Assembly: GCA_000934665.2 (NCBI GenBank)
Contig: JYFJ02004429.1
Coordinates: 1-32,360, forward strand
Direction: 5' to 3'
DNA length: 32,360 nucleotides
Origin: Catajapyx aquilonaris
Taxonomy: Eukaryota
Shown: one piece after another, positions 23,172-32,360 of the stretch
Layout: every line of letters starts with the position of its first letter
Numbering within the stretch: the first letter of the stretch is position 1
The notes under the pieces: model-generated
What the model was told of the DNA's origin: nothing
What the model saw: the letters and a program-made list of their open reading frames with translations, nothing else
Databases searched by the model: none
Position numbers and translations under genes: made by a program

Positions 23172-23823
23172 TATTATGGGATAAGTTCTTGCAAGGTGTG
23201 CCACTGTTACATAAGTTACTCTCCAGCTGCCTTGAGGCTGTGAATGCAATTTGGGGTTAGACATTCCCTATTAAGTGTCAATTGGGCTTGCTTGCATAAT
23301 TCGCTCTTAATAATTGTCATTTGGTGAGAGAATTTATGTGACACCCAGTGTTATTCGGTTAGCAAATACTTGTGGCTCCTCTATTGCCACTAAACATCCT
23401 ATGCTATGGGTAGGGATGGAACTAGCTTCAGTGATCTTGTAGCCCAGGATGTATCCAAGGAGAAATACCGTATCTACAAAACCAGTAAGGATGAAAGTCA
23501 TCAGCAAGGCCCTGCATGTGACCTTCATCCTTACAGTTTTGTAGATAGGGCGTTTCTCCTTGGGATGGCAGTATAATTATGCTATGATTTTCCATATATA
23601 TGACCATTATTTATCTATGACACTCCATTTATACTTATTTATAGAGGTCTTTCTCCGCCTTTCTCTCATGACATTTCCGCCAGGCAGATTTTTAAGATGA
23701 GCAAGTTATTTTGGTGTTTGACTCATATCACATTCTATATAAATTTCAAATACAAGAAGTTCTTGTGTTACATGAGGGTCACATTCCCAACAATCATTAC
23801 AGGTCAGCAATATACAGTAGCCT

Positions 23824-24006
23824 TCCATTTGTAGACATTGCACTTGCACCTATGTTCCCTCCCCAAAAATCCCTACCCTTACCCCATGTCCTTTCATCCT
23901 TGCACCGGAGTTAGAAGAAAAAATAAAAAATTGAAGGAAAAATGGTGGTATTCCACTCCCCTATAAGGGCCTATGGCCCTATCACGGGGTATTTAAAAAA
24001 AATAAA
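23824..24006 (+). mobile_element. 5'-truncated retroposon 3' tail (shared with SINE family 2)
   Basis: AGGGCC-TAT-GGCCCT-ATCACGGGGTATTTAAAAAA; 12-bp TSD ATACAGTAGCCT. Confidence 0.75.
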
Positions 24007-24344
24007 ATACAGTAGCCTATTCATAGTGAAGCATTTTTTTGTGTAACAAAAAGAAACCATTCAGATCATAAAGATGTATTGTTCATTGTATCCAGCTTAC
24101 TCTCTAAAATGGTTGACTTGGTGTACCCACAAGGGCACTTTCTTGCCGTGTCTTGCCATACTCTGTCCAAATTTTTAGTAAAGGTTGTTCCTTATACTTG
24201 TTAATGAAAAAGTGGGAGACAGTTTTTTCACTGTTTCTTACCTGAGATGTGAAAATCTTGAATTGTAAATCAGAAATTCTCAGTTTTTCAATATAAAATT
24301 GCCACACAAGTTGAGCCAGCTATAAAATTTCAATCATTCTTATA

Positions 24345-24863
24345 CAGTAAAACTTCTATAAGTCGAAGAAAATTATAAGCTTGGTTGGTCACAATGTAAA
24401 ATAATAGGAAATAAACCTCTCTAACTTGAATTCCTATAACTCGAAGTGCAGGCAGGGCCTTACGATGGGGTATTGATGCATTTTCAGTCTCCCTAAGTCG
24501 AAGTTCATGTTGGCGAGTATGGAAAATTTACTCATTTCCCAGCCGAAGGGTCGAGAGTAGGCCACATGTACAGAAAGGCTCTTTCCTGATCTCCGTCTAC
24601 CAAAAGAAGTGTTTGACTCGATTGTGACAATTGAATCCTTTATTAAGAGTGAGAGCCGATCTAAGAGTAGGCAAGTATCCATAAAGGAGTCTTTTTTTAC
24701 AACAAAACAATTAGGAACATTGTTTTGTGATAGTGACAGTTATTTTTAAGTTTTGAACACCTTTCGTCGCTGGATATAAATTATAGAGTTATGTGCGTGA
24801 AAAATTCCAAACTAAGTTTTTTCCCAGTCCCATGGAGATTCGACTTATATAGAAGTTTTACTG
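24345..24863. mobile_element. pogo/Tigger-like MITE
   Basis: TA|CAGTAAAACTTCTATAAGTCGAA...TTCGACTTATATAGAAGTTTTACTG|TA. Confidence 0.9.
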
Positions 24864-25622
24864 TATTAATTATTTTGGAAATGGCAGGTGGTGGCCGATT
24901 TGTGTTTCCTGTGCGCTGTAACCAACATTAGATGAAATGTATGTGTGTACAGGTCACACAGGAAAAGGATGGAAGCAAGGTGCCAATGGAAAAAATTTCT
25001 CCAGCCAATCAGATTTACTAGGAAAAATTTGTAGAGGGAAAAATGTGTACCATTGGCTCCGTGTTTAATTATTTCCCAGCCTGCCCTGTAGTTGTGCATT
25101 GTAATATCCTGTTTGAAGGAACATCACATTGTGCAACCAGGTGTTTGCAGTCTCATAGTTTCCATGAGACATTTGCTACTGGCTACTGCCATGAAGTTAT
25201 TGCATACACATAAAATTGGAAAGTGTTTTCTTGTGAGGACAAGCCTCTCTCAGCAAAGAACTGAGGAGTAAGCTTTTTATCTGAGGTTGAGGATGATTCT
25301 GGTATAAGTACCCAGGCCTTTAATTCTTTTGACCTTAGTCACAGGCAACAGAGTGCAATTTTGACTCTTCCTAGACTTTTTTGAATCAGACCTTTGAACC
25401 AATCGGAAGGCGAATCGGGAGTACGGATGGAAGTGAATCTGGCAAATGTGAAAATGATGTTTATTGATGGTTTAGTGAAGGCTACAGTCTTGACATTTTG
25501 CTGGGTAAGCCTACTATTCATTATGCATTTGAATAAAAGTGCAACACAAATATTCACATGGAAACCCACATAAATTTTTTCCACCCATTAATATATTGAA
25601 GAGAAATTTTTCTTACGTTATA

Positions 25623-26119
25623 CAGGGTGACTCTTGAGTCTGGATACATAGGTAATAATATAATTCATATCCTGTTATCAGCCGGCTGCTCTTTAGGGGG
25701 GGGGGGGGNGTTCATCCCAATTTTGTTTTGACTGGAACTCTTTGCTTTCATTTTTACATTGCTTTTTGGGATAGGATAGGGACGGAAGGAAGCGGCTGTG
25801 GCCTATTATTTAGGAAGCAATCCTGGAATTATCCTGGGGGAACCATGGGAAACCACAGAAAACCACTGTTAGGATTGCCGGCCCCAGGACTCGAACCCAG
25901 GGCCTCCCAATTAGCAGTCAAACACCTTCCACTCCACCAAACTGCTTCGGTTGATACATAGGTAATTGAATATTGCATTGTTGGTTGCCAGTTGTGCAAA
26001 TTCCAAGTGCCATTTGCCAACTCAAACTTTACTGACTGTCAACAATCTGATAGTCGGCACAACTGGAAACCAACAATACAATCCAATTACCTATGTATCC
26101 AGACTTTAGAGTCACCCTG
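25623..26119. mobile_element. Tc1/mariner-type MITE interrupted by a SINE
   Basis: TA|CAGGGTGACTCT..AGTCTGGATACATAGGTAAT...ATTACCTATGTATCCAGACT..AGAGTCACCCTG|TA. Confidence 0.85.
25657..25952 (-). mobile_element. tRNA-derived SINE, family 3 (resembles insect Lm1/Talua-type SINEs)
   Basis: Minus strand ACCGAAGCAGTTTGGTGGAGTGG...GGTTCGAGTCC...GGTTTTCTGTGGTTTCCC...GGCCACAGCCGCTTCCTTCC; 14-bp TSD GATACATAGGTAAT. Family resemblance is from recall, not a search. Confidence 0.8.
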
Positions 26120-26665
26120 TATTTTTTCAACCTTGTGCATAAATTGCACTGCAGTGCCAAAATGCAGTGGTGTCTTGGTAGGAGGAGCTTAAGTGCCCAT
26201 TCGGATTCCACATTGTCATGTTTCCTAACACTCACATGTCCACCTCTGCAACACTCGTGTCTCTCACCTTAAGAGGGCCACGAGCTCTATCACAGGGTAA
26301 CAAAAAAAAAAGTTATGGCCATGCATTACTTCATTTTGGCATGCAGTGATAGATTACTCTCAAATGTACTGCCCTATACTAGGAACAAAGAAATTAAGAA
26401 CAACATGATACCCCAATCAATAGAGGATCTTTTCAACACCCAACTTTATTCAATGACTGGCCTATTGATGGATTATTATCATTGTGGGAGGAAACAGGAG
26501 TACCTATTGACACACTTTTCACATAAAAAAATTGTCTGATTCAGGGAACAGCTCAGAGGTGGAATGTGGTGGCCTACACCACCATGCCACCTGTGCTAAG
26601 ATGTAATTCATGCATTTCAATGTCTTGAAAATAGGTTCATTCATTACTTATGGCATGGTCTAGTG

Positions 26666-26763
26666 CAGTGGTTCTCAAACTTTTTTGACCCTAGCCTGCC
26701 ATAAAATCTCCAGTGATAAATGAATCCTTGTACAGTTAGCAGCCCATATTTTGAGACCCGCTG
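26666..26763. mobile_element. Short hAT MITE
   Basis: CAGTGGTTCTCAAA / TTTGAGACCCGCTG; TSD GTCTAGTG / GTCTAGTA. Confidence 0.75.
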
Positions 26764-26835
26764 GTCTAGTAGGAAGATATGTTTCTAATAGATATGTGCA
26801 TGTAGGCACTATGCATGCGAGTAGGTTTGTAACTA

Positions 26836-27079
26836 CATAGAGTGCCTTCCTAATTTTCCGGTCCTTCTGTTATTACAAATTTTGCCCAAATTTGTTATTT
26901 TTATGTATCTGTTTGCACCCCCCTTGAGGTGCCCAATTATATAGCCTGCTATATTCGAATACACCTGGGAATATTTGGGCACCTTGATCGGCGTGCAAAA
27001 GCTATACAAAAATTTATACTAACTTCAGGCAAAATAATTGTGATAATTAAAAGGATCTGAATACTTGGAACACACTATG
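26836..27079. mobile_element. Old degenerate foldback MITE
   Basis: Imperfect inverted arms (CATAG.GTG..TTCC ends; GGTGCCCAA / TTGGGCACC core). Confidence 0.45.
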
Positions 27080-27778
27080 TTTCTAAAATAAATTATGCGT
27101 GGTGCAGTAATTGAGAGGAATAAATACAGTAAGAAACTTTTAATGTGAGATGGTGTTTGTTTTGGACAGAATAGGGGAAACCTTTCTGCAGCCTTCCATT
27201 AATGCAACAAGCCATTCCCAGATTGAATGAGTCATTCTGTATGTTCATGAGAGGGGGGGGGGGGNTGTATCACAGATGCAGCTTCTTGTGTGCTTTTTAA
27301 ATGAATTGTTGCATATTGCAAAAGGAATAATAATTCCTTCAGAAGTGGGCTGTAAACTTTTCCTGCTATTTTGGGCAATGTATAATTTTCGCATGTACAG
27401 TATTAGTACAGGAAGTACGCATCTGACTCTGCTTCATTTTACTCCATTTCACGTTAACACCAGTTTTAAAATTCTATTTGAAAAATTTTCTACTCTTCAA
27501 CTCTTGCCATTTTCAAATGATCCTAACCCAAGTTAGTGGTCAGGGAGCAGAGGTGACTCCAGGTCTGACTCAACCACATGTGCAGGGATGAAATGCTATT
27601 GGTGGGTTATGTGTGGGGAGGGAGAGGGAGAGAGAGAGAGAGAGAGAGAGNNNNNNNNNGGGGGGGTAGGGGGGTGGAAGGAACAGAATCAAACCACCTA
27701 TGCCCCTCACCATTCCACTCCTACCCCTATGGTTTCACTTATTTATGGTTAAACTGTACCACTAGATTCTCCTACTAA

Positions 27779-27976
27779 AGGCCAGTATCAACGTGCGAGT
27801 CCTCTTATGCGAGAAATCTTGTACGTCAAGACGGACTCTTTGTTGCCTCAGGGCCCCTCTGGTCCCTCGAAAAGGGGATTAAAGTTGAAAATTGTCAACT
27901 TTTCCTCATTCCTCGGATCCGGGCATGTGCAGTTGGCTCCTCGTATGCGAGAAATCTTGTACGTGGATACCGGCCT
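27779..27976. mobile_element. PIF/Harbinger MITE
   Basis: TAA|AGGCCAGTATCAACGT...ACGTGGATACCGGCCT|TAA; internal direct repeat TATGCGAGAAATCTTGTACGT. Confidence 0.75.
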
Positions 27977-28056
27977 TAAGAGTTGCATTAACCAAAAACC
28001 CATTTTGTAGATACTCTGAAATGTCAAGTAAAAATAACACGTTAAAAACCATTTCT

Positions 28057-28062
28057 TTTATT
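28057..28062 (-). promoter_or_regulatory. Probable polyadenylation signal (AATAAA) of PDCD2
   Basis: AATAAA on the minus strand about 17 nt after the PDCD2 stop codon. Confidence 0.5.
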
Positions 28063-28078
28063 GCTTTCAGAATGTCGG

Positions 28079-30468
28079 TCATGGATCACCGATTGGCCGG
28101 TCTGATGGAGAAAAATCCTGCTTCCATACAAATTCGTCTTTGTAAGCGGGACCCTGATCACAGCTCTTAATGCACGTGAAGACGGCCAGAGTACCCCAAT
28201 CAATACTCTGACCCATCTCATCCAGTTTGAGATGATTCAACAACTGGGGCATCAGCTGGAAGTAAACATGTGGTAGATTACCAGTTAGGCTTTGAAAGCA
28301 AAGCCCCAAATGAAGGGTAATACATGTAAGGATCCCTTCTGGGATTGATTGTGGCATCAGTATTGATAATTTCCAGTGGAAGTTGTTCCTAATGATATTA
28401 GATGAAAAAGTTCAACTCAGGTTTTCAATATCTGTTATCTGAGTAAGCTAATTTAATTTTAATTCTTTATGGCCATGATAGGTAATGCCAAATTTTTTTG
28501 AGTTGCAAATTGCCCAGGCAAGCTTATGGATAATAAAATATACAGGGTGTTCCAAGTATATATTTGTACTTTGGTTATAAGAAATTTAACTCAAAGCTGG
28601 TTTTGTTGTTGTAGCTTGTTAAGGCTCATACACACAGGCGGTCGACGGTTTTGGTCTTTGGTCTCATTGACGCCATGGACCAATCAACAAGCGCAACACA
28701 AGTGTTGAGCTTGTTTACATGAGCCATGATTGGTCCGTGGCGTCAACGCGACCAAAGACCAAAACCGTCAACCGCCTGTGTGTATGGGCCTTTACACACC
28801 GATCCAGGTGCCCTATTCTGTAGATGCTATGTTTGACCACCTGGGAGTGATGGGGCACCTGGATCGGGACACCACAAGCTACAAAAAATAACTACTTCAG
28901 TTGATATTAATGATAACTAAAAATGACCCACAAACTTGGAACACCCTGTATGCTGGTTTCACAATGTGGCAACACTGAAAATGGGGTATCACAATCATGC
29001 TCACGTGCATCTTATATATTATAAAAAATTTTGTTCATGAACAACATGAGACTCAAAAAATTGGCCATCTACCATTTCCATAAGTTAGAATCAACATTTT
29101 GCAAGATTTCTAGCACTTTCTGTGACCATTTAAAGTGCAAAAAAATTGCAAATTCCCAAGTTTCAAGCTCATGTTTGCACAACTCAGAAAACAGATGCTG
29201 GAAAACTGAGTTTCACTTTTTCATCTAATTTTATTAGGAATAACTTCCACTAAAAATTATTGATGGAGAGAGCAAAATCAAACCTGGCAGCAATCCTTTA
29301 AAAGATACTAACTTGGAACTCAAACTGTCGGGGGCCCCCACATGCTTCACAAGAATGTATGTCGCTCTCCTGTGGAATCCCTTCCCCTGACACCCACAGT
29401 GGCGTGCCTCCCCGATCATAGCGCAGAACTTGTTTTGGCTGTGCTTCTATAACTCTATGGAATTTCAGGAAGGCTTTGTCCTCCGGCATGGCTGTGGCTT
29501 CTAGGTCCTTGGCATCCACATCTAACTCAGACTTAACGAGGTGGGTCTTAGCCACTTGAAATTCAGCCATGCGCTCGTCCTCTGTTTTTTCCACAGGTTT
29601 TTCCAAATGCTCCTGCTCCATCACAAGCTCAAATTCAGGTAAAGTCGTATCCTCATAGCCTTCCGTGTCGGCTCTTGATGCTGCAAAATTCGGTGTGATA
29701 ACCAAGTTCACATATTAGGTTGCTACTCGCTTACTTTTACATCTTGACTTATGCCCCGATCTCCAGTGCTCCAGCTGGTGCAGCTTGCTGCAATAGGCTG
29801 TTTTCTTGCATGCACCACACCTTTTCTGCCCACGTGCCCCACACACAACACAGGTGGCCACATTGAGGCTATCAGGCGTAACATTAGAGCCCCAGTTTAC
29901 ATCTTCCTGCGGCTAATGAACAAGAAATCAATTGTTTGTGCAAACGCTTCAACCAAGCACCACTTACCGGGTCGTACGAGTAAAAGATGTTGCGGCGAGG
30001 CATCTGGCACCGGAAGATACGCATAGGTACCAAAGGCTCTTGGCCAGGAGATGCCACCCGGTGCCAGCATTCTGGGCTTGGGCAAATCCATATGAAGAGA
30101 GTCCGATGAAAGGCAGACTGCTTCTCTTCAAAAGGTGCATAGACTTGGGCCAGAAGCAACGTAGGCGAGGCACAAACAGGGCAAGTCACGCGGTTGGGTG
30201 AGGGTAGCTCTGCCAGATTGAGCCAGGCTGGTTTCCCCCCAATCTTGCTTGGGAAAAAGCAGCTTCGAAGCTTCCATTCCGGGCATTCCGCCGCAAGGCC
30301 CAGCTGCACACCAACGCTCTGATCACCATCGTCGTCGTACTCGTACTCCCCCTCGTCATCCCCTCCCCCATCTTCATCATCCATCCTACCCCGCATTGCT
30401 TCCTCGTCAGCGCCGACTCCCTCACCTGCCCCAACCATACCGTCTTGGCCCGACATTGCGGCTGCCAT
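28079..30468 (-). CDS. PDCD2: Programmed cell death protein 2 (Zfrp8 homolog), complement join(30468..29968,29912..29735,29680..29313,28255..28079), about 407 aa
   Basis: Exon 1: [50 protein letters not shown]. Exon 2: MYND finger CVVC..CGAC...[11 protein letters not shown]...HK..C. Exon 3: [35 protein letters not shown]. Exon 4: [24 protein letters not shown]. Canonical GT-AG introns of 55, 54 and 1057 nt with consistent phases (0,1,0). Start codon choice is uncertain among several nearby Met codons. Confidence 0.95.
28543..28948. mobile_element. Tc1/mariner-type MITE in PDCD2 intron 3
   Basis: TA|CAGGGTGTTCCAAGT...ACTTGGAACACCCTG|TA. Confidence 0.85.
28622..28791. mobile_element. PIF/Harbinger MITE nested in the preceding element
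   Basis: TTA|AGGCTCATACACACAGGCGG...CCGCCTGTGTGTATGGGCCT|TTA; arms of about 65 bp. Confidence 0.85.
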
Positions 30469-32041
30469 TGTTAGCCTAAGCAGGGTGGCCCTAGCGGTGG
30501 ACCGGCATGGAGGCAGCAAAAAAAAAGTTAATGATAAAGGCACGATGCCCGGTTTATTTAATACTCGACATCAAACTAAGGAGTAAACGCTTTAAATGTG
30601 TGTCGGGGGTTATAAATGCGTCATTTGCGACGGATTATTGAAATGTTACACAGGCAACGACCTCTGACATGAGCGGCAGTAAGCGGGACTCCATGACTCA
30701 TGCTATTATTATTCATAGGATGGTCATACAGCATACTGTAATTGTACGGGTTGTTATGCGTATTGTGACCTAGGTCTAGCATGGGCTAAGGTGGCTGACG
30801 TGTTGACGAACTCGCCTGTATTGATGAAAGAATCGGACCGAGCCATGCACTTGTGATGATTTAATATTGGGTGGAGGTGTGCTGGGCTTGTCAGGCTACT
30901 GACTCGGGGGGCTAAACAGTCCGACGCTACGATCGACGAGAGGAGAAAGTCATGTCAGGAGGCTCGACCCATGAAAGATGCATATGCATCGTCATTTCGT
31001 CAATGTGTCCACCACTATGGTGATCCACCAAGTGCTCCACCCTCATCTTGATCTTGGCCTTGAGCGGTGGAGCTCAATGTATATCGTGTACTTTTTATAA
31101 TTATTTAATAAAGTTTGTACGTTTACAATCGTTTATATTTGACCATGTTTGAATTGATAATTATGATGCGCATTAAAAATGCGAGAAAGAGAAGTTAAAA
31201 TCATTGTTTATTGTACTTCTTGACAGAGACGCTAGATGGCAGCTGTTGCTTTTATTGTCAGGCAGGCAGGCATGGGCGGGCGCATGGCCCCATGCCATGG
31301 CCCCATGCCGCCTCATGCATGCCCGACTGCCTGCGGCCGGGCATGCATGAGGCTTCATAAGGACCAGCCGTCTCTGGGACCAGCGTGTGGACATCATCGT
31401 GCTTATATTTCCTCCACCAAGCGCTGAAATACTAGCAAATTTTCCATTTGAACTTGTGGCCATGGGTGACAGCGCCATTGCGGGACTTTCGCAAAAGGTA
31501 GTGTTGGAAGCGTGGTGGGAAGGTGGGAAGCTAGGTTTGGAGTCTTTGGACCGTTGGATTGGACACATAATAATATTCAAGTCAAGTGTGTCAGATATTG
31601 AAGCACGGACAATGATTGAAGTGAGGATTGGCGGCTGTCTGTGGATCACATGTGATTGAGGGAGGTGTGATTTATGCCGGGTTTTGGACCTGTTGTGCCT
31701 TGTAACTGCCCAGGAGGTACTCCACTTTGTAAGGTCATCCAGTTGTGGTGCTGTAAGCCATAATTGCATTTTTAGTGCAGTACTGTATACATATTATTGA
31801 TGTTGCTAGCACGTACATGCTAGTAACTCCTGCTTTTGATTATAAGAGTGTAATAAATTGCTGTTTGTTACAGTGACACCACAATGAAGAACAAACTGCC
31901 ATTCATTGTATATGTTACAATTAGGCACTTTAGTAAGAAGAGAAAGCCCGTTCCTGGGAAGGATAAGATGAAAGAACCAACAAGCTGCAACAAGACGATG
32001 CACAGTGTACAGTTAATCCAGGCAAGTATTTTTAAATAGAT

Positions 32042-32360
32042 TTTTCTAATGCTTGGTTGAAAGTAATAGGTGCCACAAGTAAGTTTTCTAGAAATAAGGA
32101 CTTATCTTCTGCCTGTAGGTTGTCTGTCTATTCTCTTTCTCACGTTATTGTTCCTTCGCTTATGTATGGTAGTGAAGCGTGGGTTTGGTCAGATAGGCAT
32201 AAGAGTAGGGTGTTGGCTACAGAGATGCGCTATCTCCGGGCTGTTTGTGGGGTTACCAAGTTGGATAGGATTAGGAATGAGGAGATTTTGGAGAGGTGTA
32301 ATGTTAAGGAGACTGTTAAAGATAAGGTGTGTAGGTCTACTCTAAGGTGGTTTGGCCATG
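32042..32360 (+). mobile_element. RTE-clade LINE fragment (region C-terminal to the RT core), 5'-truncated, runs off the window
   Basis: Open frame absent from the ORF track: ...RNKDLSSACRLSVY...VIVPSLMYGSEAW...EMRYLRAVCGVTKLDRIRNEEI...LRWFGH, with the RTE hallmarks YGSE.W, DRIRNE and LRWFGH. Confidence 0.85.

Noticed and set aside
31173..31769. 198-aa minus-strand ORF upstream of PDCD2
   Set aside because: No recognisable domain, S/T/H/P-rich composition, and it crosses a low-complexity CATG-rich tract; likely a chance ORF.

Overview
Eukaryotic genomic DNA with GT-AG introns, most likely from an insect (inferred from an Lm1/Talua-like SINE). Two convergent protein-coding genes are well supported: TRPT1 (tRNA 2'-phosphotransferase, + strand, 2 coding exons, 6918-7622) and PDCD2/Zfrp8 (MYND zinc finger plus PDCD2_C, - strand, 4 exons, 30468-28079). 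Most of the rest is a dense, often nested set of non-autonomous DNA transposons (hAT, Tc1/mariner/pogo, piggyBac-like, PIF/Harbinger, probable Academ-, Sola2- and Kolobok-like). There is also a decayed mariner, three families of tRNA-derived SINEs, truncated retroposon tails and an RTE LINE fragment at the right edge. Most short ORFs in the supplied track are by-products of these repeats. I found no CRISPR array and no convincing novel protein system. The best leads are a SINE family with a covarying 3' stem-loop next to a hypervariable segment, a four-level TE nest with empty-site controls inside the window, a Sola2-like element with two right ends, and a weak possibility of an unannotated micro-exon transcript between the two genes. 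All coordinates were read by eye and superfamily calls rest on termini and TSDs only.
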